Shown: in pieces, positions 1 to 9,799 of the stretch
Position numbering within the stretch: the stretch's first letter is position 1
Layout: the number at the start of each line of letters is the position of its first letter
NCBI GenBank assembly: GCA_034521025.1
Contig: JAXHMZ010000003.1
Span: 15,726-79,725 of the forward strand
DNA length: 64,000 nt
From: Candidatus Campbellbacteria bacterium
GTDB lineage: Bacteria; Patescibacteriota; Minisyncoccia; Phycocordibacterales; JAXHMZ01
Direction of reading: 5' to 3'
Notes under the pieces: model-generated
The model's database searches: none
What the model saw: only the letters and a program-made list of their open reading frames with translations
Told to the model about the DNA's origin: nothing
Program-made: the position numbers and the translations under genes

Positions 1-993
1 CTTTTTCGCTATGCTGCGCAGGTGAAGCAGGAGCATGTAGGAAACAAGGTATATTTTCGCGGGTTGATTGAGTTTTCGAATATCTGTTCGAAGGATTGTT
101 ACTACTGTGGGATCAGGAAGGGCAACAAGAAGGTATCGCGGTATAATTTATCGGATGAAGAGATTCTTGAAGCGGCCCGTTTTGCGTATGAGAACAACTA
201 TGGTTCGGTCGTATTACAGGGGGGAGAGATTGATTCCCCGAAGTTCACGGAACGGATCGAGCGGTTGCTGCAAGAGATTAAAAAACTATCGGATGGAGGA
301 TTGGGCATTACCCTTTCCCTCGGGGAGCAATCGCGCGACACCTATGCGCGTTGGATGGAAGCCGGGGCGCACAGGTACCTTCTTCGCATCGAATCGTCGA
401 GCAGGGCATTGTTCAACAAGATCCATCCCCACGATGAGCACCATGAATTTGATAGGCGGTATGACTGTCTTCGCACCCTGCAGGAGTTGGGTTATCAGGC
501 AGGTACAGGGGTGATGATCGGTCTGCCGTTTCAATCCGTGGAGGATCTGGCGGACGATTTATTGTTCATGCAGTCGTTTGATGTTGACATGGTGGGAATG
601 GGACCATATATTGAGCACCACGACACACCGCTGTATGCATTCAGGGATCAGTTATTGCCGATTGGGGAGCGGTTTGATCTGGCGTTAAAGATGATTGCCA
701 CGCTGCGGATATTGATGAAGGACATTAACATTGCCGCTGCTACGGCCCTTCAGGCGATCGACCCGTTAGGAAGGGAGAAGGCGGTAAAGATTGGGGCGAA
801 TGTAATTATGCCGAATGTGACGCCCGGGTTGTTCCGGAACGATTACGCGTTGTATGAGAACAAGCCGTGTACCGATGAGGAGCCGGATCAGTGCAAGGGG
901 TGTCTGGATGCGCGGTTGAAGTTGGCCGACGGGGAGATCGGGTATGGCGAATGGGGAGATTCACGGCATTTCTTGAAGCGGAATAAGGGATAG
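1..993 (+). CDS. Radical SAM enzyme, [FeFe]-hydrogenase maturase HydE-like, 5'-partial (open to window start)
   Basis: CX3CX2C motif CSKDCYYCGIR inside GLIEFSNICSKDCYYCGIRKG. NYGSVVLQGGE glycine-rich motif. Overall HydE/BioB-like layout, matching HydE more closely than BioB. Reading frame is open back to position 1. TAG stop at 991-993. Confidence 0.6.
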   Translation, partial: LFRYAAQVKQEHVGNKVYFRGLIEFSNICSKDCYYCGIRKGNKKVSRYNLSDEEILEAARFAYENNYGSVVLQGGEIDSPKFTERIERLLQEIKKLSDGGLGITLSLGEQSRDTYARWMEAGAHRYLLRIESSSRALFNKIHPHDEHHEFDRRYDCLRTLQELGYQAGTGVMIGLPFQSVEDLADDLLFMQSFDVDMVGMGPYIEHHDTPLYAFRDQLLPIGERFDLALKMIATLRILMKDINIAAATALQAIDPLGREKAVKIGANVIMPNVTPGLFRNDYALYENKPCTDEEPDQCKGCLDARLKLADGEIGYGEWGDSRHFLKRNKG

Positions 994-1184
994 AAGGATA
1001 TATAAATCTTCCAAAAACGTTCGATTTTCAATTAATGATTATCCACAGAGTTCTTTAGCTGCAAAGCTAAAAATATACGAAACCCCATTATAATCTATTA
1101 TACTGCATGTTAAGAATTATGTCTACTCCCTTCAAGGTACAGGGCAGGTCATCGATTAATTCTGGACATGAAACATATAAAATT

Positions 1185-1300
1185 GGGCAGGTCTCAGATA
1201 TGTTTGGGCAGGTCCCAGATATGTATGGGGAGGAACCTAGATATGTATGGGGAGGAACCAGATATGTATGGGTGGTCCCAGTAAATTCGGGGCAGGTAAT
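1185..1300. repeat. Tandem direct repeats, about 22 bp x 5 (GGGCAGGTCyCAGATATGTwTG), iteron-like
   Basis: Successive near-identical units gggcaggtctcagatatgtttg / ggcaggtcccagatatgtatgg / ggaggaacctagatatgtatgg / ggaggaaccagatatgtatgg seen directly. ORF 1107..1340 over it is probably spurious. Confidence 0.7.
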
Positions 1301-1372
1301 GCTCTCGAACTTTATGATCCAGCCACATCTACTCTATTGAAAGACTAATTAAAATAGTTGTATCTTTGTTTT

Positions 1373-1707
1373 ATGGTCATAAATGAGAAAATCTCTGGCA
1401 GAATAGATGATTTCAAATCATTGTGCGAAAGTCACAAGGTTAAATACCTATATGCCTTTGGCTCTTCAGTTGCAGGTAATTTTGACGAGAAAAAAAGCGA
1501 TATAGATTTACTCGTGGAGATTGACTCTTCAGATCCATTGATAAGGGTGAGGCTCTTATGTCCTTATGGGATAATTTCGAAGATTTCTTCCATAGTAAAG
1601 TTGATCTTCTTACAAATTCATCTATTAGAAATCCATACCTTCAAAAAAGTATTGATTCAACGAAAGTTCTTATTTATGACGGACAAAGGAAAAAAGTACT
1701 TATCTGA
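1373..1707 (+). pseudogene. MNT-type nucleotidyltransferase (antitoxin of HepT/MNT pair), disrupted by one frameshift near 1545
   Basis: N-terminal part (YLYAFGSSVAGNFDEKKSDIDLLVEID) is in the frame of ORF 1358..1828. C-terminal part (DKGEALMSLWDNFEDFFHSKVDLLTNSSIRNPYLQKSIDSTKVLIY, stop 1705-1707) is in another frame. Confidence 0.6.
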
Positions 1708-2009
1708 TATTTTACATGCAATTGAGCTAGTAGAACAATTTACAGAATCAATTACTGATTACAATCATTTTCTTTCTGATTTAAAAACTCAGAGTGCTGT
1801 AAGAAAGGCAACTTGGAATAATTGGTGAAGCTGTTAATAGATTTGACCAACATTGTCCGGAATCATCTATTCAAAATGCTAAAAAAATTGTTGGATTCAG
1901 AAACAGGTTAATCCATGCTTATGACTCCATTGATTCCAGTATCATTTGGACAATTGTAAGGAGACATTTAACTCCGTTAAAAAAGGAAGTATTTGGTAAA
2001 TTAATATAG
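1676..2009 (+). pseudogene. HepT (DUF86) toxin-like RNase, disrupted by one frameshift near 1812
   Basis: MTDKGKKYLSDILHAIELVEQFTESITDYNHFLSDLKTQSAV in one frame, then GIIGEAVNRFDQH..IVGFRNRLIHAYDSIDSSIIW..(stop 2007-2009) in another. The Rx4HxY-like motif RNRLIHAY is present. Overlaps the MNT 3' end by about 30 nt, as is typical for this pair. Confidence 0.6.
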
Positions 2010-2029
2010 AGCAGGTAGTTAGAAGCATT

Positions 2030-2353
2030 ATGGAACAGGAACAGATCAAAGAGATTATTATTAAGGAGATAGCAAAAACCGAGCGGTTGATTAATGAATA
2101 CCGTGAAATGAGTCAGCCCGTAGCCCCCGACGATGCGATAGGTCGGATCACCCGAATGGATGCGATCAACAACAAGAGTGTAACGGAGGCCTCCTTGCGG
2201 CAGGCTGAGGAGAAGTTAAAGAACCTGAACCGAGTATTATCAAAAATCGGCACGAAAGAGTTCGGTATTTGTCAGAAATGCGGCAAGGAGATCCACATCC
2301 GCCGGATCATCTTTCGTCCGGAGAGTTTGCTATGTGTAGACTGTGCCAATTAG
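2030..2353 (+). CDS. DksA/TraR-family C4 zinc-finger protein
   Basis: C-terminal CQKCGKEI..17 aa..CVDC four-cysteine finger after a coiled-coil region. 107 aa. Confidence 0.7.
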   Translation: MEQEQIKEIIIKEIAKTERLINEYREMSQPVAPDDAIGRITRMDAINNKSVTEASLRQAEEKLKNLNRVLSKIGTKEFGICQKCGKEIHIRRIIFRPESLLCVDCAN

Positions 2354-2787
2354 GATCATTTGTTAACATTCCCACTTCATATAATATGTTTCCCGTTTCA
2401 GTGATGTCCGCTTAATATTTGAACTATTTTTTGCGCCCCTTTATAAATAAGGATTTCGTGGGTTATACAATTTTTCCAATTAGAAATCAGAACTTCGATT
2501 CATTTTCTTTTTTTTGCAACAAATATACCACCTTATATTACAGATTTATAGCGCATTAATAATTCCGAGGTGCAGCAAAAACCTCGACAATTTTAAGTCA
2601 ACTACCCTCCTACTTCAATAGATTCTCCAATCTTCACTTCAATAGAAATTTCCACCCCTTCAACGGATTGATCTCAGAAACCTTCCCATCCTCAGTAAAA
2701 TTCTGTCAAACTTCATCCGATAAATAACCCACCTTTTGTCCAGATATTTCCTTATCTGAGCACATTAACAGAACAAAAAGTCTGTTA

Positions 2788-3288
2788 ATGATGAAAAAGA
2801 TAGAAACAAGGATATTCCGATTAGGTGGAATACTACAGCTTGGTTTTCCTCAGCTAGAGCGAAATGAGATTGAAGCATTCAGGAGTTTAAAAGGGTTTCG
2901 GTTTTGCGGAGCTTTAAAGATGTGGCACATCATCTATTACAAGGGCGTTGTGGGGTATCTGAACGGATTGCATAAGGGCAGGTATCTGTTTCTTGAAGAC
3001 ATGACAGACCTGAGGCATATCCAGGATGTACAGGCTGAGCAACAGAGGAAGGTAGCTCATGTTAAGCTTGACAAAGCAGCAGGCATGATGTACGTGAAGC
3101 ACACTTATGACACCCACTTTTACAAGGCCCTCCGGGTATTGGAGGATTCACATTACGACTCAGTGAACAGGAGGTGGACCATACCATTGGGAGAAAACTA
3201 CGCGAAGTTATGCAAATCAGCAAAATCCTATGCATTTGAAATAGAAGCTTCTACAATTGAAAAGAGCACGGAAGTCGAAGATGACTGA
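2788..3288 (+). CDS. Hypothetical protein (166 aa)
   Basis: Intact ORF with no recognisable motifs. Ends with TGA in the same frame as the downstream integrase. Preceded by the inverted repeat TTAACAGA-n8-TCTGTTAA overlapping the start codon. Confidence 0.4.
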   Translation: MMKKIETRIFRLGGILQLGFPQLERNEIEAFRSLKGFRFCGALKMWHIIYYKGVVGYLNGLHKGRYLFLEDMTDLRHIQDVQAEQQRKVAHVKLDKAAGMMYVKHTYDTHFYKALRVLEDSHYDSVNRRWTIPLGENYAKLCKSAKSYAFEIEASTIEKSTEVEDD

Positions 3289-4173
3289 GAAACAGGACCC
3301 GGCCGCAGGAAAGGCGATCGGTTTTCAGTGACGAAGAGATTGTTTTACTGGAAAGATTTGAGCGTGAGCTTATCATTTCGCAACAGAAGCAAGCGTACAT
3401 TAGTAAGTTACCTGGAGTATACACAGACGGTTCATCGGATCATTTTCACGGCAGGAATTTCCAGGAGATAGCGAACCTCGAAGATACAGGAATATCTTAA
3501 TGATATCGTCTTACGCATGGGATATTCCCACAGCACCCTGAATATACACATCAGTGCTATCAGGAGTTTCTACCACCTGGTATTTAGAATAGATTTACAG
3601 GACATTGATCTTCCCAGGCCGAAAGCGGCAAAGGATTTGCCAAAGGTACTTTCCATGGGAGAATTACAACGTATGATAGAAGGTTGCGCCAATAAAAAGC
3701 ACCAGCTGATTATCACCCTGCTCTATTCCACCGGCATGCGCAGGGCAGAGATACTTGACATAAAAACTACCGACATAGACCTGGAATCGGGAACCATCCG
3801 CATTCATGGCAAGGGCAACAAATTCAGGACGGCCTACATTTCAAAAAATCTACATAAGTTACTAACGGGATATTTAAAGGCATACAAGCCTGTTGATTAC
3901 CTGCTTGAGGGACAGAACGGTCACCAATATTCAGAGACCAGCATTGCGAAAGTGATCCAGCGAGCAGCCAGGGAGGCCGGCATCAACAAGCGGGTGACAC
4001 CCCACATGCTCAGGCACAGTTTCGCCACACATCTGATTTCAAAGGGCTCTGCCCTTCCCTACGTTCAGAAATTATTGGGACACAGCAACATTAAAACAAC
4101 TTTGATATACACCCACGTCGCAGACAATGATTTAAAGAACCTTCCCAATCCCCTCGACGACATGGACCTCTAA
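3289..4173 (+). pseudogene. Tyrosine recombinase/integrase (Bacteroidota-type) with in-frame TAG at 3469-3471
   Basis: Catalytic domain HxxR..Y: MLRHSFATHL, LGHSNIKTTLIYTHV. N-terminal SAM-like domain (RNRSKRTLVSYLEYTQTVHRIIFTAGISRR-TAG-RTSKIQEYLNDIVLRMGYSHSTLNIHISAIRSFYHLV) is interrupted by an amber codon. No ATG start; possible GTG near 3328. Confidence 0.6.
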
Positions 4174-4182
4174 TCAGTAAAT

Positions 4183-4551
4183 CTATCTTTTTCCTCCAGG
4201 AACAGTGCCAATAGCTTTTCCACAGCATTCACAGTAGCCTGTTGTATGTTCAATGGTCTGATCGGGATTAGCGGTCATTTCAAGGGTGGTGCCCTCATGC
4301 CCTTTTTGTTCACCGGGCTCACGTCCGGTTTTCTTCCGAAGGCTCTTGCGCTTGAAGACTCTGTTCTCATCCTTCGAGGGTGGAATGGAACTGTTATTAC
4401 TATTCTCTGGATGTTCGTATTTGGCCAGCTTTTCTTTCAATTTGTCATTTTCTTTTCGCAAACCCTTTATCTCGCTGTGAAGGTCATTTACAAGATTGAT
4501 CAGTTTCTCTATCTTCCTGGTTAAGGTGGCTATTTTTGAATCTGTTGTCAC
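4183..4551 (-). mobile_element. IS66-family transposase TnpC, N-terminal fragment only (122 aa)
   Basis: Coiled coil, then NSSIPPSKDE..GREPGEQKGHEGTTL and the CxxC zinc-ribbon C..CCGKAIG, characteristic of the IS66 TnpC N-terminus. ORF stops 10 bp from the integrase stop. No tnpA/tnpB upstream. Confidence 0.6.
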
Positions 4552-5190
4552 TCAGCAATCCAGATTATACTCAAAGAGCAGATGATTTATATTCAGCATA
4601 CGATTTTATTGAAAAACATCGGCGACCTGCAAGGCCCAGCGATGAGTCCATGTTGGAAATCAGTATTGACCAATTCATATCTTATCTGTACATCATATCC
4701 TTTTTTCATACTGGATTTTAACGTGGACTTCAACCGCACCCACCTAAGGATAAATAATGATACCACCTATTTGGTTCCATTTTTTTACCATTTTTCTTAA
4801 TTTTTTTTCATTCACCCCTATCCCTTTGTTCATAAGGCATCCAAGACTTATGTCCTAATTATTTATCCTTTTTTTTGGCAAAAACCCGCCTAAAAAGATT
4901 CACACTTTTGGCCCTATATCGATTAATCTAATAAAGGGGCCATTGTAAACGAGCTTCTTTTTTCAAGAAACAACAGATAGATTATAAACCAAAAAAATGA
5001 AAATCATGGAAAATCCAATGATTCTTATCCTCGGTCTCGTGATCATGATCAGTTTATTCGAGCAGATGTACCTTTTCTGGAAACAAAGAGTTCGTCCAAC
5101 CCTTCAAAAGCACTATTTCACAGCAAAAGCAGATGTTGCAGCCAGGGAAAAAGGTCATTTGACGTCGAAGAGTCATCTCCCTAATTTGCA

Positions 5191-5413
5191 GAAAGACTTT
5201 TCCACGTTGAAAAGTACTTCTGCAGTTGTGCACAAAGACGTTTCCACGTTGAAAAGTGTTTCTGCAGTTGTGCAGACAGGCATTTCCACCTTAAAAAGTC
5301 TTTCTGCAGTTGTGCGAAAGTACTTTTCCATGTTGAACAGTGTTTCTGCAGTTCTGCAAAACTACTTTTCAACATCAAAATGTGTTTTTGCAGCAGTTCG
5401 GGTATATGATCAG
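5191..5413. repeat. Tandem repeat, about 45 bp x 5 (ttccacgttgaaaagt..ttctgcagttgtgca)
   Basis: Five successive degenerate 45-bp units seen directly. They generate ORFs on both strands (4997..5530 plus, 5181..5444 minus), so coding status is doubtful. Confidence 0.7.
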
Positions 5414-5694
5414 AACCTGGAACGGCATGTTGGCGCATCTGCACATCTGGTACGCAGCATCAAAAAGTCTTTTTTTAGCACTGCTCAAATACATAAAAAC
5501 CTCCATAAGGAACTCACCATTTTTACATAGGAATTTTCCCATGATCATGCGATTCATTTATTACCGGAAACAAGACGTTTCCAGCTGATTATAGAAGTTA
5601 CGTAACTGTTTATATTTATTTATTAATTTTTAAATTTTTAAAATTATGAAAAATCATTTAAGACTATCACGCAGCGAAACTTGAAAGGTTTCAA

Positions 5695-6210
5695 TTGGCT
5701 TTAACCAATGCAACGACAGATGCTGCCATTGCAGAAGCTTTGTCCAAATTCGGACTTTTTACGGAATCTCTTGAAGAGGGGAAAGCTCTGCTTGCCGCTA
5801 CCCGGGAGGCTTTCGAACTTTTCAATTCTCGCAGGAGAAAGCGCACTGTTGTGTACGCCGAATTCAATAAGCAGAAGATGGCGCTCACAAAGCTTTATTT
5901 AAAACATCGCAAAATGGCGAAGCTTGTATTCAAAGAAAATCGGGAGGTTTATGAAAGCTTAGGCTTAAGTGCCAGGTACAGGACGACTTATGTTCATTGG
6001 ATTGAAATGCTTAAAAATTTCTATTCGCAGGTCGGGGCTGACAATGGCATCAAAGAACAGCTGGCAAAGTTGAATATTACCATTGAAGAGTTGGATGCAG
6101 CAGCTTCAGCCATTGCTTCTCTTGAGAAAGCACGAGCCGATTACATGATTGAAAGGGAGCATCCAGGACTCAACAGATGCGAAGAATATCGCATTTTCAA
6201 AAATGGATGA
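5695..6210 (+). CDS. Hypothetical protein (171 aa); frame open upstream to 5662, TTG or non-canonical start
   Basis: Intact ORF with no recognisable motifs. Confidence 0.35.
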   Translation: MALTNATTDAAIAEALSKFGLFTESLEEGKALLAATREAFELFNSRRRKRTVVYAEFNKQKMALTKLYLKHRKMAKLVFKENREVYESLGLSARYRTTYVHWIEMLKNFYSQVGADNGIKEQLAKLNITIEELDAAASAIASLEKARADYMIEREHPGLNRCEEYRIFKNG

Positions 6211-6471
6211 TTGGATGGCGCATTTCTTCGACCTTTCAAAAGTAGCGTTCAGGAAGCAGCCTCAGCTTATGGAATCATTTGGAATAGTCGTAAAAAACTA
6301 AGACAATGAATCTATTAAGAAAACAGGACAAAGCACTGCAAAGGAGGTATTCCCTCCCGGCAGAATGGCCACCAGGAACCGATAAAGCAGGCGGAGCATT
6401 GGTGTTCCGACTCTTCCGGATCAAACGCAGCGGTGAGATCTGTTAATTTTTAATAGGTTAATAGTGTGAAA

Positions 6472-6506
6472 AGGCTTCCTCGTACGGGGAGGCCTTTTTT
6501 TGTGCG
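6472..6506 (+). terminator. Hairpin plus T-run (aggcttcctcgtacggggaggcct-ttttttt)
   Basis: GC-rich inverted repeat followed by seven T. Confidence 0.5.
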
Positions 6507-6564
6507 CCGGCATGGGCATGAACTATATAGTGTGAAAGTTCCAGGCGCACTTTGAAAAAGGATT

Positions 6565-6660
6565 TACAATCTATCTCCCGGTTACAATCTATCTCCCGGT
6601 TATAATCTATCTCCCGGTTATAATCTATCTCCCGGTTATAATCTATCTCCCGGTTACAAT
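6565..6660. repeat. Tandem repeat, 18 bp x 5.3 (tayaatctatctcccggt)
   Basis: Perfect or near-perfect consecutive copies seen directly. Confidence 0.85.
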
Positions 6661-7066
6661 AATTGCTTAACTGGCGAATCATTTCTGCCCCGGGCAGAAA
6701 CTGTAATCAATTCCAAGCAGCATATTTTACAGCAGATCTTTAGTATCGATTCAAATTTTTTATTTACTTTTATTCAGCAAGCCATGTAAATGAATTTGAT
6801 TTTGGATAATTCACAGACAGATTGCCAGACATATAGATAACAAAAGGTGTGTCTACAGGCTTAAAGCCTGCGAGATATACGAGATAAGAAATGTACACAT
6901 AACAAACCAATTATTGTATTGTAGAAAAACCTTTAGTACACATAATAACCTTAAAACTAAAACAACCACAATAGACTAAACCGGACAAAAGGTTTTTACA
7001 TAAACAATTGTAGGGCATTAGGTAAGTCGTGTAAGCTTGAAAAAAATGATTCATTAAAATTATTGT

Positions 7067-7513
7067 ATGAAAAAAGTATCGTTATATGTATTTCTAATTT
7101 TTCTTTCGATTAGTACGTTTTCCCAAGGACATAAAATATCATCTAATACTGTTGATATGGATTATTATAAATGGATTACATTCCTTTCCGAAGGGAAAAT
7201 AAATTGGACTAATCTTGATGATGATACATATATCGGAGAGTCTTTCCGATTTGTTATTACGACGTCTGAGATATACATTCAACTCTATATCGAGAAAATT
7301 ACTTATGGGATGGAGGGATGTTGTAAAAATATTGCTAATAAAAGAGAGATTCCTATTGGTGAGATTTTTTCCAGATTTAATATTGTTGGGGAACGATGCT
7401 GTGTAACCTTTGGTGGTTGGAGAAGTCCAACATCATGTGAGGTAATTATTCATGATACAAAGTATTTGATAAAAGATTTAAATACGACTGAAATATCTAT
7501 GTCAAAATTATAA
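7067..7513 (+). CDS. Hypothetical secreted protein (signal-peptide-like N-terminus, Cys-containing)
   Basis: MKKVSLYVFLIFLSISTFSQG hydrophobic leader. No other motifs. Confidence 0.4.
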   Translation: MKKVSLYVFLIFLSISTFSQGHKISSNTVDMDYYKWITFLSEGKINWTNLDDDTYIGESFRFVITTSEIYIQLYIEKITYGMEGCCKNIANKREIPIGEIFSRFNIVGERCCVTFGGWRSPTSCEVIIHDTKYLIKDLNTTEISMSKL

Positions 7514-7846
7514 CGCCCTACAACAAACGATATAATTCATAGTTTTGTCACGCGTTTTGCTGGAGCGAGTTACCGGTTTTTTTCATAACTTTATTGTGAA
7601 TCAATCATCCTGACATGACTATGTGTTTCGCAAAACCCGCGCCACCCTGTGACTCCCCAAAATCCCCTCGCCTAAAGAACGCGCCCACTGACTGCGCAAG
7701 GCCAGCAAGCTCCCGCAATCGCTCCCCGGGAATTTTGGGTAGCCCAGGGCCAACTACGAATCATATCGTCGGAACGTTAGTATAATACTCCTGAAATCCT
7801 AGACCAGAGGTTTAGTTAAAATTAATACATTAAATTTACTAAACCT

Positions 7847-8374
7847 ATGACAAAACAATCAAGACGTAAATTCAGTGCGGAATTCGAGGCCAAGGTTGCC
7901 TTGGAAGCCATTAAGAACGAGAAGACCCTGGCCGAGCTGGGTCATCAATTTGAGGTTAATCCTGTGACCATCTCCAAATGGAAAAATGAATTTTTGGATA
8001 GGATGTCGACAGTTTTTGAAAACGGCACGGGCAAAAAATCGCAGGAGGACTCTCCGGATCTTGACAGGCTTTACGCTCAGATCGGGCAGTTAAAAGTGGA
8101 GAATGACTTTTTAAAAAAAAAGTGCCAGGAGACTGGGGATATCAGACAAAGAATGGAAATGATGCGGCCAAATCACAAAGCGCTATCGATACAGAAAGCA
8201 ATGCGATATCTCTTCTATACCAGGAGTTCCTTATACTATCAGCCAGTTCCGGAAAAACCGGAGAACGTAAAGATGATGCAGATCATGGATAAGCATCTTC
8301 TGAAGCATCCTACCGAGGGAGTCGTATCAATGGTTGATATGCTGAAGGAAATGGGAATACCGGGTGGGGCCTAA
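7847..8374 (+). CDS. IS3 transposase OrfA (HTH plus leucine zipper), fused in-frame to the OrfB N-terminal region
   Basis: KFSAEFEAKVALEAI HTH, then LKVENDFLKKK zipper. The same frame continues through an A9 run at about 8111-8119 into RSSLYYQPV..MVDMLKEMGIPG, which is OrfB N-terminal sequence. Confidence 0.65.
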   Translation: MTKQSRRKFSAEFEAKVALEAIKNEKTLAELGHQFEVNPVTISKWKNEFLDRMSTVFENGTGKKSQEDSPDLDRLYAQIGQLKVENDFLKKKCQETGDIRQRMEMMRPNHKALSIQKAMRYLFYTRSSLYYQPVPEKPENVKMMQIMDKHLLKHPTEGVVSMVDMLKEMGIPGGA

Positions 8375-8982
8375 AGCGGATCCGGCGCCTTTTTAAGCTC
8401 ATGGGGCATCATACCCTTTATCGCAAGAAGAACCTTACAAAAGGAGCCTTAAACGAGTTTATTAAGCCCTACCTGCTTCAGAGAGATGAAGATCACGCAC
8501 GCCAACCAGGTTTGGTGTACTGATATTACATATCCCCATGTCCAAGGGGTTTATGTACCTGACTGCTATTATTGATGTTTACAGCCGCAAAATCGTTGGC
8601 TGGGGCATCAGTAACAATATGAGTAAGCAATGGGTGCTGGGTGTCTTAAAAGATGCCATAGCACAGCACGGAAAACCAGAGATCACCAACACTGACCAGG
8701 GATCTCAATACACGAGTTTTGCCTGGACACATTACCTGGAAGAACAGGGAATACAAATATCAATGGATAGTAAAGGAAGAGCGATAGATAACATCTGGAT
8801 CGAAAGGTTCTGGAAAAGCATCAAGTACAATTACATCTACTTTAAATCCTTGTGACAATGGTCTGGAACTTTTAGAAGGAGTCAGGGATTATATTGATTA
8901 TTATAACCAGAAAAAACATCAAACAATTAAAAAGAAACCCAATGACGCGTATCAGGAATCTATCTGCAAAAATGCAGCCTAA
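8375..8982 (+). pseudogene. IS3 transposase OrfB (DDE integrase core) split by at least 3 frameshifts
   Basis: KRIRRLFKLMG, ITHANQVWCTDITY, IPMSKGFMYLTAIIDVYSRKIVGW, DQGSQYTS and YIDYYNQKKHQTIKKKP are each in different frames. Confidence 0.6.
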
Positions 8983-9584
8983 AACAAACAAATATTTAAC
9001 TTAACAAACTGCTCCTTTGGTACAGGAAATAGGGAGTATTATATAGCTACAATTGCCCTCAGAAAACTTAAGTGCTTCGAATCTAGTGAGAGAAGAATAA
9101 CAAAAAGGAATAAACCAAGCAGGAGGTTTTATTTTCATCCCTCCCTCAGCAAGCACATTGTGACTGCCCTTCGGGACAGCCACAAAGAGCTTGCTCTAGA
9201 GCCCTCTTGACTATTCGAATAGGATGATTGCCGGATTAGGACTATTGCATGCCATTTTTTAAACTCGGTTATTTCACCTTTAATTATCTAGTTATCATGT
9301 TGGAAATGCATTTTATATTACTTCATAAGGCTAAGTAAGTCATGCATGACATATAGGTTCTCAACCGCATGTAAAATATCTTTTCAGGCTCGACCTTGTT
9401 GTATCTCTGAATAGAAAAATTGCTTTGGAACAATAATTAATTCTTACAATAATATAATTATCTATATTTTAGTGATATTTGTAATCGACAATAACTAAAG
9501 AAGTAATCATAAGAGCATAATTCTAGCTAAAATGGAAAGTTTTGAACTCTGTTTATTTGCATTAAACAGCAATTAAAATGCATT

Positions 9585-9794
9585 ATGGAAAAAATTAGCT
9601 ACAATCGAATTAAGGCTGTCTTGGCAGAGAAAAAAGTATCTTCAAAGGAGCTTGCAAGGAAACTTGATAGGACGGAATCTACCGTTTCAAGGTGGTGTAC
9701 GAATGATGTGCAGCCTTCAATCGAAGTGTTCTATCAGATTGCCAAGTATTTGGAGGTAAACATTCGTGAACTATTTGTTCCAACAACGAATTAG
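9585..9794 (+). CDS. XRE-family HTH transcriptional regulator (69 aa)
   Basis: KVSSKELARKLDRTESTVSRWCTN helix-turn-helix. Confidence 0.65.
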   Translation: MEKISYNRIKAVLAEKKVSSKELARKLDRTESTVSRWCTNDVQPSIEVFYQIAKYLEVNIRELFVPTTN

Positions 9795-9799
9795 AACTT

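Larger units (their letters stand above)
7800..9024 (+). mobile_element. IS3-family insertion sequence (about 1.2 kb), degraded
   Basis: Imperfect terminal inverted repeats tagaccagagg (7800) and rc tgtaccaaaggag (9012-9024). Contains orfA and orfB homologs. Confidence 0.5.

Noticed and set aside
1358-1828. Six-frame ORF suggesting a single fused MNT-HepT protein
   Set aside because: It is an artefact of two frameshifts. The N-termini of both proteins happen to lie in one frame, and the true C-termini are in other frames.
4246-4800. Small plus-strand ORFs 4246..4524, 4286..4480, 4536..4721 and 4582..4800
   Set aside because: They overlap the IS66 tnpC fragment on the opposite strand or lie in an AT-rich remnant. 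No motifs; likely spurious.
5191-6660. Tandem repeat arrays considered as CRISPR arrays
   Set aside because: Units are contiguous with no unique spacers between them, and no cas genes are nearby. They are plain tandem repeats.
7560-7800. GC-rich 150-bp segment (7620-7770) upstream of the IS3 left end considered as an RNA gene or second IS terminus
   Set aside because: No convincing secondary structure or inverted repeat partner was found. It is left unannotated, and only noted as compositionally distinct.
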